A stretch of DNA of 64,000 nt from Octopus vulgaris (Eukaryota), in the NCBI GenBank assembly GCA_951406725.2, contig OX597815.1, positions 52,018,001 to 52,082,000 on the forward strand. Direction: 5' to 3'. Position 1 is the first letter of the stretch; every line of letters begins with the position of its first letter. The notes under the pieces are model-generated. The model did no database searches. It was not told where the DNA came from and saw only the letters and a program-made list of their open reading frames with translations. This document shows, in pieces, positions 36,480-48,726 of this stretch. The position numbers and the translations under genes were made by a program.

Positions 36480-38895
36480 TGGACTAATTAACTTCCATTA
36501 CATTTAACTCCCATTAACTCAAGTCCACTTGAGCTAATTTCTGTTAACTCAAGTTCCTGCGACGATCATTAGACTCAAGGTCTTGAAGTCCAAGGGTCTC
36601 ATCTACTGCAGCCCCTTGGTCGATACACTTTTGGCAGGCATTGCCAAAAGGTTTAGGTCCCTCCTGGAGGATGAGGAATACCAGCTGGCTGCTGCCTTCT
36701 ATCCCAGGTTTTGCCTCATTTGGTTGGATAAATATGAAAACACTAAGGTTGCCATGGTGAGGAAAAGCATGGAAGGTAAGGTCAAGGAAGCCATGAAGCA
36801 GCATTCTGATGAACTGAGCAGCAACAGTGAAGGAAGAAAAAACAAAGAGGAGGATGACTTCTTCAGTGGTGTCACTTAGCCAAAACAGAGCAGCAGAAGC
36901 CACAGGTCACTCAAGGACAAGGCCCAGAATTTGGTCAAGACCTGGCTGGAGGCCAACTTCAAGGACTTTCTGACAGATGCTACTTTCTTGGGTGAGCAAG
37001 TGCTGGTGGACTTGTTCATCAAGTTCAACACAGCCATCCCCACCAGTGCTGCATTGGAACATTTGTTCTCTATGAGCAAGGACATCTTGAGGGTCAAGAG
37101 ATCATATCATCCCTGTCTGATGGAAACTTTGGTATGCTAATTTTCATGATGGGCAACATGCATCTCATGAACAAAGTGGAGAACAAGAAAAGGAAGAACT
37201 ATTAGGTTGTCAAGAAAGTTCTTGCGGTTTTTAACCTTTAAATTCAGATGCACATATCTCAGCTCAAACAAAACTTTATTAATTGAAATAAACACCATCA
37301 GAATCAACACACTTTTGCCAATGCAAAACAAATTTATTTATGTCATTAGCATAAAAATCCTGCATTCTGGTAGCGATGAAGTCGTTGAAGGCGTGTTTGG
37401 CATTGTCTTGGTTTTTGAAGCATTTCTCATGCAGGAAGTTGTTGAGATGCTTGAAAAATTAGTAGTCGGTAGGCGAGAGGTCTGGTGAGTATGGTGGATG
37501 AAGCAGAGTTTCATAGCCCAATTCGTTCAACTTCTGCAGGGTAAGTTGTGTGACGTGCGGCCGAGTGTTGTTGTGGAGAAGAATTGGTCCTTTTCTATTG
37601 ACCAATGCTGGCTGTTGTTGTTGGAGTTTCTTATGCATTTCATCCATTTGCTGACAGTACTTCTCCACAGTAATAGTTTCACCTGGATCCAAAAAGCTGT
37701 AATGGATGAGACCGGCCACAGACCACCAAGCAGTCACCATTACCTTCTTTTGGTGCAACTTTGGCTTTGGGAATTGCTGTGGAGCTTTATCAGCGTCCAA
37801 CCACTGAGCTGAGTGTCACTGGTTGTCGTAAAGAATCCACTTTCCATTGCAACTCACAATCCGGACGAGAAAAGGGTTGTTCTTGTTGCGTAAAAGAAGG
37901 GAAGACAACTCTTCAAAATGGCATTGTTTTTGGTTGTCATTCAATTCATGAGACACCCATTTCTCAAGTATTTTTGTTTTTCCAATCTCTTTCAAGTAGT
38001 TGGAAATTGTCATATATGTTACGTCTAATTCAGAAGCAAGCTCTCAATCAGCTGCGCGTGGATTGGCTTCCACTAAGGCTCTTAGTTGATCATTGTCAAC
38101 ATCCGATGGCCAACCTCTATGCTTATCATCTTCAAAACTCTCATCACCCACTACAAAATTTCTTGAACCACCATTGTGCTGTACGTTCACTAGTGGTTCC
38201 TGGGCCAAATGCATCATTGATATTGTGAGCTGTTTCAGCAGCTTTTCGGCCTAGCTTGAACAGGAATAAGAAAATTGTGCAAATTTGCTTTTATTCCATG
38301 TTGTATTCAACGTTCCAGAAAAAAAAATGGTCTAATTATTCAAAAAGAAAAAGAATAACACGATTAGATAGAGCGAAAAACGGGTTTTAAAATGCTATAT
38401 AAAGTCAAAGTAATTTAATGAAAATTAATTTGAAAATACATCATTTAAAACCAAAATTAAAAATTCTGCAAGAACTTTCTTGACAACCTAATAAATAATG
38501 TATATATTGTTTTTCATTTTTTTAAAAAATTTTTCTATGGCCACTTTATCAATAAATTTTTTTAGTTTAATACTAGTATTGTGTTTCAATTGAACTTTTA
38601 AAAGTTAAAACTATAAAATCAGCATTTTTAACTCTAAAGCAAAAAAAAAAAAAAAACCTTAGAAAGGCAAAAAAAAAAAAGGCTGATTTTATAGTTTTGG
38701 CACCTTTTTAGGTGGTTTTAGAGTAAAAACTGATTTTTGTTTTTTTCTATAATAAAAATTAATGTTAATGGTTTATTGATAACTTCCGTTATATTTTTAA
38801 AGAATTAACAGATTAACGGTTATTGAAGGTAACTTTTTGGTTAATGGATTAACAGTTAACAAAGTTAACTTTTTAATTACTGGTGCCCACCTTTG
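36480..38895 (+). mobile_element. hAT transposon 3' part, interrupted by a mariner
   Basis: LLAGIAKRF..AAAFYPRF; LFIKFNTAIPTSAALEHLFS..ILRVKRS (hAT dimerisation motif); gttaac subterminal repeats and terminus ggtgcccacctttg. No left TIR found. Confidence 0.75.
37202..38491 (-). mobile_element. Full-length 1290-bp mariner (Hsmar1/cecropia-like), pseudogenised
   Basis: Perfect 24-bp TIR ttaggttgtcaagaaagttcttgc, TA TSD; FKLGRKAAETAHNINDAFGPG, KWVSHEL, KWILYDN, HPPYSPDLSPTDY. Confidence 0.95.
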
Positions 38896-39554
38896 GTATT
38901 TATCTTCAATAATGCTGAACTTTATGAGGGAGATGACAGAGGACTGAGACATATGGTGCATAGCTCTACTTGAGAAGACCTGCCTACCACAACAAAATCG
39001 AGATTCTAAAACCAAGGTGCCATGTAAAAAGCTTTGGTGTGGGTGGTGGTGCTTTGTAAAACACACTCATGCTAGTGCCATATAAAAAACACTGGTGATG
39101 GTACCATGTAAAAAGCACACAGTACATTCTGTGGAGTGGTTGGCATTAGAAACAAAGCCAAAACAGAATATGGAACCAGGCCTTACCAGTTCCTGTTGAG
39201 CCAGCCAAAGCATGCCAGCATGGAAAACAGATGTTAATTGTTGATGATGAACTTGCTATTTAGATACCCACTTTTTGATAATTAATGATTTATGGTACCC
39301 AGTATGAGAAGAAGAGTTGGCAAGTACTCAGTTGAGTAATTCATTACATAATACATATGTAGTTTGAATTCCAGCAGACTGGTACTATATTTGTTAAGAT
39401 TTGAGCTGGTGATCTTGCAATAATAGGCTTCATTTTCCTTTTTGCAAAGTTTAGGTTTTCCTTCAGTTTCAAATGATTTATGTTTAGCTATCTTTTCCAT
39501 TTTGTAAATGAATGATATCAATAGCAATAATAAAAGTAATAATAATATTGTTTT

Positions 39555-39805
39555 TGTTTCTTTATTGCCCACAGGGAGCTAAACATAGAGGGGACAAACA
39601 AAGACAGGCAAAAGGGATTCAGTCAATTACATCGATCCCAGTGCATAACTGGTACTTATTTAATTGACCCCGAAAGGATGAAAGGTAAAGTCAACCTTGG
39701 AGGATTTTGAACTTAGAGCATAAAGATGGATGAAATGCCACTAAGTATTTTGCCTGATATGATAACACTTCTGCCAGCACACTGTCTTATAATGAAAATG
39801 ATAAC

Positions 39806-39860
<55 letters not shown>

Positions 39861-40097
39861 TAATAATAATGATAATAATAAAAATGGTTTCAAATTTTGC
39901 CACAAGGGTAGCAATTTTGGGGGAGAGGATGAGTCAGTTACATTGACCCCAGTGTTCAAATGGTACTTATTTTATCGACCCTGAAAGGATGAAAGGCAAA
40001 GTCAACCTTGGCAGAATTTGAATGCAGAACATAAAGACACGAAATGGCGCTAAGCATTTTGACCAGTGTGTTAACGATTCTGCCAGCTTGCTGTCTT
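39555..40097 (-). mobile_element. Two family-B SINEs separated by (TAA)n
   Basis: Copies ~39555-39790 and ~39885-40097, similar to 7163-7393, with different 3' tails. Confidence 0.85.
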
Positions 40098-40514
40098 ATA
40101 ATAATAATAACAATAATGACCAGAGGTACACAGGCCTATGCAGGGCAGTACCAATTTCCAGCACTGTTCATATGGACAGCCACATAGAAAATTACACTAT
40201 TTGATCTGGCCTTCCTCAGTGATGTTCTGTCATGCAGAATGATTTTCCAGAGAGTCCATTGCTCACTTGTAATCTTCTTCGGTGAATAGGCACTTCTTCA
40301 GTCTTCTATAACTGTTGTCAATTACTGACTTTATAGTTGTATCTATGTGTAGTAGCAGCAGTAGTAGGGGTGGGGGTAGTGGTAGTAGTGGCAGTTAGGC
40401 CTCAGATTCATGTGCTATCAGAATAGTAGTAGTGGTAGTATTAGCAGCTGCAGCATATTATTATTATTATTATTATTATTATCGTTATCCCCATCACCAC
40501 CACTACTATTGTTA

Positions 40515-40930
40515 TCTCTTATTATAAAAGGCAGATTTTATCTGCCTCCCTTTGGGAGTTATACAAATCTACAATATAGGATTTCTTCAATTACAATTTA
40601 CCTAGCATTTTTAAGAGTACAATGCATCGCGTCATGCCAGGTCCAGTTTTTAAAATTTAAACTCCAATTAAGCAAAATTTACAGAAAACTCACATTCTGG
40701 TGTGTGTGTCAAATGCTTTTCTTAGTCTGGTTTACACCACACACAAACGCACACACACAGTGGGCAACGAATAAAGTGAAACTAGATGTAATATTTGTTT
40801 CTCTCTATCACGCTGATAGATACATGAGTAAAATGTATGGGAAGCTAACACATAAGTGTGAGTGAAAATGTTCTTGGAAGAGAGTAAATAGCCAGAGATA
40901 GTGATTTGAGGAAGACTTTACATTAAATAA
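40515..40930 (+). mobile_element. Possible Helitron 5' fragment
   Basis: A|TC start tctcttattataaaa with hairpin ggcagattttatctgcc; no CTAG end seen. Confidence 0.4.
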
Positions 40931-41335
40931 CCGTAGTGGCTTGTGTTAGTAATAAAGTAAACATACACTCATACATACATACATACATACATACATACAT
41001 ACATACACACACACATACATACATACACACACATACATACATACACACATACATACATACATATACATACATACATATACATACATACACACACACACAC
41101 ACACATACACACACACACAGTATTGAAGCTTGAGAACAATCAGATACATTTGCAACACATCTGTTGAAAATATTATTGTTCACACACATATATATACATA
41201 TATACATACAGACAGACAGACAGATAGACACACACACACACATGATCCAGCATGGCCACAACCTCAAGGCTGAAACATATAAAAGAATAACAGAATATAA
41301 ATGTGTGCATGTGTGTGAGAGAGAGAGTGTGTGTG

Positions 41336-41367
<32 letters not shown>

Positions 41368-41379
41368 TGTATATATATA

Positions 41380-41810
41380 TAATAATGCGGTTTTTTCAAC
41401 AGCTTGAACTAAAAGTCAGAGGGGAATGGGATAAACTACTTATATTAACTTGCTATAAAAGCAGGTCTTTTATCTTGTCCTTATTCATAGTGCAAGTTTT
41501 GAAGAGTGCATTTCGATTTTAACAGCTATTTTTTTCAAAGCTATATTGGAACAGCCTAGAAGACGAGCCTCATCCTGAAAGATCTGTAGAACTCGACAAG
41601 GACATCCTGAAAACCCTGGTGGAACAAAATCTCATCGTAACTGTTGAGGAACTAGCAGAGAAGCTTGGATTTGGTCATTCAACCATTCATTGAGACCTGT
41701 GTGCTATCGGAAAAGTCAGCAAATTGGGTCAATGGGTTCCTCACGAACTTTCCGAGTCTAATTGCATGCAGAGAGTGAATGTATGCTTTTCTTTGCTGTC
41801 ACATCTCACC
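41380..41810 (+). mobile_element. Mariner 5' fragment
   Basis: SLEDEPHPERS..EELAEKLGFGHSTIH..IGKVSKLGQWVPHELSE. Confidence 0.88.
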
Positions 41811-41828
41811 ACTACTGCGCTATGTATA

Positions 41829-42464
41829 TCTATATATATAAAACTGTAGTTGTGTGAGTGTCTGTCCCCTTCGATTTAGATTCCTAACTACTCCCACATT
41901 TTGCGGTGCAGTTTAACCAAATTCGGGTATCTTATAGTCGTGATTCATATCGAGCGCGTCTGAGTATTAGCGCGCGTCTACGATGAGTCTACGATTTTAA
42001 AAATAATTTAACATCATTTTTTATTCCATTTTAATGCATAATTTTTCGTGTGTCGATGGCGGCGGAGTTGGCGTCCACGCTCACACCTGCACCTGTGGGG
42101 AAGGGAGTGTAAGGAAATCAACGTCGTAATGCGTTGTCAAGGAGACCAGCGTTCTTTTAGAACAACGACTTCATGGCTTGAAGACACCAAAACAGAAATG
42201 GCTAAGAAAGCGTCTACATGAGTCTACGATTTAAAAAAAATTTACCATCGTTTTTTTTCCATTTTAATGCATTTTTTCGCTATTATATAAGGGAAGTAAC
42301 TCTCTAAAAATGTCTACGATGAGTCAACGATTTTTCAAAAAATTTACCATCATATTTTTTCCATTTTTAATGCATTTTTTGCTATTTTTTGGCTATAACT
42401 CTCTAAAAATGCTTATATAGTTATTTCCCTTACAAACCAGAGCAACGCCGGGCGATACTGCTAG
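41829..42464 (+). mobile_element. Non-autonomous Helitron
   Basis: 5' TC (tctatatatataaaa), 3' gagcaacgccgggcgatactgCTAG, inserted between A and T; internal repeats of gtctacgatgagtc; CpG-rich, so probably young. Confidence 0.85.
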
Positions 42465-42800
42465 TTATCAATATTACTATTTCCATTTATTATTAAAAGA
42501 TTCTTTATTTTTTTTTCAACTTTTGTCCTGTACTGGAGATAATCATAAATATGTGGTTGTTGAAGGAAACAGTTGGAGGACAAGTAGCAGCTTGGTGAAC
42601 AGATCAAATTCTACAGGTCTATGAATAGATTCCACAGATGGTGGGGAGGTCAGCAATAGAGACAAAAGAATCTTCACACCCCTTGGGTCAGCAGAGGTCA
42701 AATGTGTTTGCCCTTGGCCTTGAAAAGAAGCAATTCAATCTGTTCTATTTGTAATTACTGGTAGAAAAAACAATGATAATATATGGTAGAAAAATACATA

Positions 42801-42846
<46 letters not shown>

Positions 42847-43249
42847 TGATATTCATGTTGTTGAATTTTTGAATTTCTGACTTCAATTGTGTTGTTGCAA
42901 TAAAAGGTATGTTTACATATTTGGGTTGTCAGGGATAAGTTTCATACACAATTTATTATATTAAAGTTTTAAAGTTTTCTTGAGACATTCATTTGTCTGT
43001 CCAGCTGGAGAATACAGTAGTATTTTTGCAATGAAAAGGATGTTTACATTTTTGAATACCCAGGGAGAAAGGAAAGGAAATAAAAGGAAGGTAAATTTTT
43101 CACAGAAAATTATAGATATTAAGGTTTAAAAATTTACTGGAGATAATCTTTTGTCTGTCCGAACAGAGAAAATTGTAGTGTTCTTGGAATAAAGAGGATG
43201 TTTAATATAAAAATGACAAATAGTAAAAAAATAAAAACAATAATATCAG

Positions 43250-43251
43250 TG

Positions 43252-43315
<64 letters not shown>

Positions 43316-43370
43316 TAATAATAATAATAAAAATAATAAAAATAAAAATAATAATAATAATATTAATAAT
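43250..43370. repeat. (TAA)n microsatellite
   Basis: Seen directly. Confidence 0.95.
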
Positions 43371-45052
43371 GAAAGGAAGTGGGTGGAGCCTCTTCATGTC
43401 CTGATTAATGATACATCTAATGATGGTGTCACAATAAAAATACTGGTAATTGTGCAACCTGATAATCGCTACTTCATATGAGTGACAATGAAAAAACAAA
43501 ATATCATGAATAATGGTGGTAATGAAATTGAAGCAACTGATGGTGAGGGTGTTGCACCTGGCAGGCTCAGAGATTCTGGTCCAGCTCCAGCCTGTTGATA
43601 TCCAGAAAGGGACCACCACTCATGGCATAGATGGAGAAAGCAAATTAATGCTGTTGTCATGGAGTGTTACTACCTGAGCAACCAGTAGATGAAAATGAGA
43701 TTGTTTCAACTCATGGAACAGAGACTATGTGATCAAGCAAGAGCAATAAGAAAAAATCGTTGGTTCATGGAAGTAGAGCTCGAAGCTATCAAAAGACAGG
43801 TCTTGGAAAATAGCAGCAGAGATAACGATGAAAAATACAGTTCTTACTAATAGAAGTAATCTCATAGCACAGGAAAGGAGCAGTGGTAGTTTACTTGATG
43901 AGAGACAAATAGATGATCTAAAAGAAGACAATAAAACTAATGGCGACATGACAGATGAACAAAAGGCAATCTAAGACAGAATAAAGGCAAGACTACTAGA
44001 GAATGATAGTGACATCATTTGCAACCTTAAAAAGGTTGATCGGTGGAAATTTCATGGAAGTGACAACAGAAAAGATCCATGGTGAAAGAGAAGAATACAG
44101 GCAGGGTTAGATAAGCTCTCGAAGGAAATTTCTGTGTTGGACTGAAAAGAGAAAGGGGAGCTTAAAAGTGAACAAAAACACAGGGTGCTGAAAAGAGAAA
44201 CGGGAGCTTAAAAGTGAACAAAAACACAGGGCGCTGTGTCCAAGGGGACTGCCTGTCCTCACTGATCCTTGTACTGTGCTTGATACCACTAACACTAATT
44301 CTGAAGAAAGCAAAAGCTGGGTATGTCTTCAAAGGCTGCCAACAAAAAGTCAACCATTTGTTATTCATGGATGACCTCAAACTTTATGGTAAAGATGAAG
44401 CCCAAGTCAGTTCCCTCGTTGCTATGGTGTATACTTTCAGTGCTGATATCAGAATGGAGTTTGGATTGAGAAACTGTGGTGTGTTAGTCTTGAAACAAAG
44501 CAAATTCAAATGTATGAACAGGGTATCGATACCATCAGGGGAAGTTATGAAGCAGATAAAAGAGATGGGCAATAAGGGGATTTTGAAAATAGATAAATTG
44601 ATGGAGAAAGAAATGACAGAAAAATTTAAGGTGGAGTACTTGCGCAGATTGAGACTGATCCTTAAACTGAAATTAAACGGACGGAATAAGACTGAAGCTA
44701 TCAACACCTGGGCGGTTTCACTCCTTGGATATGGTGCAGGGGTAATCGTATGGACAGTTGACGAACTAAACAGCTTAGACTGAAAGACAAGGAAGTTGCT
44801 ATCTAGATACAGGTCACTCCACCCAAAAAGTGACACAGACAGACTGTATGTACCAAGAAAAAGAGGGGTAAGAGGACTTATTGGATGTGAACACAGCATT
44901 AGAGCAGAAGAAAACAACATAGCATAGTATGTAAAAAGCGCTGCGCGAATACTCCGGAAGGTGCTCAAAAAATAAGAGGTGTTACCTTAGTTCACTGGTA
45001 GTGAACAGCTGACACCATAGTACATCTCCAGTGTTAGAAGCTGTGCATAGGC
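43371..45052 (+). mobile_element. Internally deleted Dong/R4-like LINE with both ends in (TAA)n
   Basis: N-terminal RWRKQINAVVMECYYLS and EQRLCDQARAI; RT QGDCLSSL, HLLFMDDLKLY, AINTWAV, RLYVPRKRGVRGL; 46-bp tandem duplication (44142-44233) at the deletion junction. Confidence 0.92.
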
Positions 45053-45070
45053 AATAATAATAATAATAAT

Positions 45071-45705
45071 CCTTTCTACTATAAGCACAAGGCCTTAAAT
45101 TTGGGGGAGGGAGATAGTTGATTACATCGACTCCAGTACTTGACTTGTGCTTATTTTATTGACCCTGAAAGGATGTAAGGCAAAAATCAACCTTGGCAAA
45201 ATTTGAACACAGAATGCAAAGATGGACATAATACTGCAAAGCATTTTTTCCAGCATGCTAACGATTCTGCCAGCTCACTGCCTTAATAAAAATAATAATA
45301 ATACTTTCTATTATAGGCACAAGGCCTGAAATTTTGGGAAAGTTGGCTAGTCAATTACATCATCCCCAGGGCTTGACTGAAAGTATGAAAGGCAAAATCA
45401 ACCTTGGTTGGCATTTGAACTCAGAACATAAAGGCAGATGAAATACTGCTAAGCATTTTGTTTGGAGTGCTAACAATTCTGCCAGCTCATCATCTTAATA
45501 GTAATAATAATTTTTTCTACTATTAGCACAAAGCCTGAAATTCTGGGGAAGGGGACTAGTTGATTACATCAACCCTAGTGTTTCACTGGTACTTAATTAT
45601 TGACCTTGAAAGGATGAAAGACAAAGTGGCCCTTGGCAGAGTTTGAACTCAAAATACTGCTAAGCATTTCATCCAGCATGCTTAATGTTATACCAGCTCA
45701 CCACC

Positions 45706-45706
<1 letters not shown>
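45071..45706 (-). mobile_element. Three tandem family-B SINEs separated by TAA repeats
   Basis: Copies ~45071-45283, 45305-45497 and 45512-45706. Confidence 0.88.
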
Positions 45707-45758
<52 letters not shown>

Positions 45759-45782
45759 AATAATAATAATAATAATAATAAC

Positions 45783-45845
<63 letters not shown>
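45707..45845. repeat. (TTA)n switching to (TAA)n
   Basis: Seen directly. Confidence 0.95.
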
Positions 45846-47549
45846 CATGCAATAACATTTTAAACAAATGAATTTGCAATTTGCTTGACTTATCTTTCAA
45901 ATCATTTAATTTTTTTAATGAGCCCTTTAGTGTAAATGACTGATGGTGCAGATATTGTGTGTCTCTTAGTAAACCATACAGTCCACCATGTATGCGTCAC
46001 TTTTAAGGATATTGTAAGGTGTATAAATAGGATTATTACTTTTACAAAAATTCTCCTGCTGGTAAGTTTATTTATAATTGTGTAGAAACAAAGATAAATT
46101 TCCAGGAGATTCCACCACCTACATATGACCAGTGACATCTAGTAGTAAACAGTGGCAGAAATAACAACTTGTAGTCGACAAAGATAATGGACAGGTAGTC
46201 AAACTGAAAATAAAATGATCAGGGAAAATGCCAGCAGAAGTGAAAGCTAATAAATTATTGATGGAACGTCCCCTGGAGAGAGTGAAGACACTTGTTATAT
46301 TCCAAGATCATCTTAAGTTAATCTACAGCAGCTATGTATGAAGGTATATACAATCGTTTCATTTAGTGTTTTAAAGTAATTGATATTTATAATTGCTGTG
46401 AAATAAACACAAGCCGTTATTAATATTCCAACCAATTATATCAATCTAGCATCTATCTTCTTGAAATTACCATAACGATATATCTAATTAGTGTATATCT
46501 CATCTAATGGATTTATTGTTATGTTATTAGACTAATTTATTTACAGTAATGTCATTCTGAGGATGTATGTAATCTAGAAACACCAGTTATGTATAGAAAT
46601 GTAGTTTTTGATCTTTGTTGTACTTTGAGAGGGTCATATACATATATATATATATATATATAACACATCAGTTCTAGCCAAACAATATATATATATATAT
46701 ATATATATGTAAGCCACCACAGTATATAGTAGCTGAATACTCTATGCTATTAGTTGTGGAAGGTGATTAAGTATATTTTCTCTGTGTGAAGTGATCAACA
46801 AATTGTGATCAGGAAATTGTGATCAACAAATTGTGATCAGGAAACACTGCCTCCTTTTCAAATAATTAGAATTATTTCAGTACTTGTCATTCATGCTGTA
46901 TGAGCATAAATTATAGACATATATATCTTTTATACGTTTTTATACATCTTTTATCTTTTATTGGTTTCAATGATTGGTCAGTGATGATACTGGGGAACCA
47001 CCTTGAAGGGTTTAGTCAAACAAATTGACCCCAATATCTAGTTTTAAGTTTGGTATTTATTCTATTTGTCACTTTTACTGAACTGCTTGGTAATGGGGAT
47101 GTAAACAAACCACTGCAGATTGTTAAGCAGGAGTGGAGAACAAACACAAATACAAATGCACATTCACATCTTCTCCCTCCCCTACACACACATAGAGAGA
47201 GAAAGCAGTCACCATGTTTTCTTCTGTAACTGCCAATTCTGAGAAGTGCAAGGTTATATAATTGAGCTTTTACCTAACACCCTGTTGAACCCCTAGTGCA
47301 AAACCTATTGGTAAGATTGGCTGTAATGGATATATAATACTCTTTTACTTCTTCTTTTAGTCATTTGACTGCGGCCATGCTGGAGCACCGCCTTTAGTTG
47401 AACAAATTGACCCTAGGACTTATTCTTTGTAAGCCTAGTACTTATTCTATTGGTCTCTTTTGCCGAACAGCTAAGTTACAGGGATGTAAACACACCAGCA
47501 TCGGTTGTCAAGCAATGTTGGGGGGACAAATACAGACATACAAACATAT

Positions 47550-47591
<42 letters not shown>

Positions 47592-47597
<6 letters not shown>

Positions 47598-48640
47598 GAT
47601 GCACAGGGGAAATAGACTCTACAGATACTCAGAAAACAGATTCCATCACACTCCAGCGGGAGAAACTAGAAGTAGTTGATAGTTTCCGCTACCTAGGTGA
47701 CCAAGTTAGTAGTGGAGGTGGATGCTCAGAGAGTGTCACCACTAGAATACGAATAGCCTGGGCAAAGTTTAGAAAGCTCCTACCCCTACTGGTGACACAG
47801 GGTCTCTCACTCAGAGTGAAAGGTAGATTGCATGATGCATGTGTGCAAACTGCCATGCTTCACGGTAGTGAAACATGGGCTGTGACTGCAGAGGACATGC
47901 ATAGACTTTAAAGAAATGAAGCTAGCATGATCCATTGGATGTGTAATGTCAGTGTGCACACACGACAGAGTGTAAGCACCCTGAGAGAAATGCTGGACAT
48001 AAGAAGCATCAGATGTGGTGTGCAAGAGAGACGTTTGCGTTGGTATGGTCATGTACTGCGGATGGATGAGGAGAGATGTGTGAAGAAGTGCCACTCCCAA
48101 ACAGTTGAAGGTATCAGGGGGAGAGGTAGACCCAGGAAGACATGGGACGAGGTAGTCAAGCATGACCTTCGAACGTTAGGCCTCACAGAGGCAATGATGA
48201 AAGACCGAGATCTCTGGAGATATGCTGTGACTGCAAAGACTCAGCCTGCTTCCTGCACCAGTTTTACATAGCCCCAGCCCATCCAAAGTACCTTGGATTG
48301 CAGAACGACCTGCTGTGCTTACCTTGGATCGTAGGGTGACCTGCTGTGCTTGAGGAGACCTATTGAGTCAAGTACATCAATATCAAAATAAATACCAAAT
48401 GGAAATTGTAGTTACGATGCCTGTGCCGGCGGCACGTAAAAAGCACCATCTGAACATGGCTGATGCCAGCGCTGCCTTGACTGGCTTCTGTGCCTGTGGC
48501 ACATGACCTGCTGTGCTTGAAGAGACCTATTGAGTCAAGTACATCAACATCAAAATAAATAACAAATGGAAATAATAGTTGTGATACCTCTGCCAGTGGT
48601 ACGTAAAAAGCACCATCCGAACGTGGCCAATCCCAGAGAT
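47592..48640 (+). mobile_element. 5'-truncated RTE LINE
   Basis: LEVVDSFRYLGD..RIRIAWAKF..HGSETW; RRLRWYGHVLRM..GRGRPRKTW; duplicated 3' UTR modules. Confidence 0.93.
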
Positions 48641-48649
48641 TTATCATTG

Positions 48650-48726
<77 letters not shown>

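Noticed and set aside
46557-46595. ctgagga...gaaac hammerhead-like motif
   Set aside because: I could not form convincing stems I-III.
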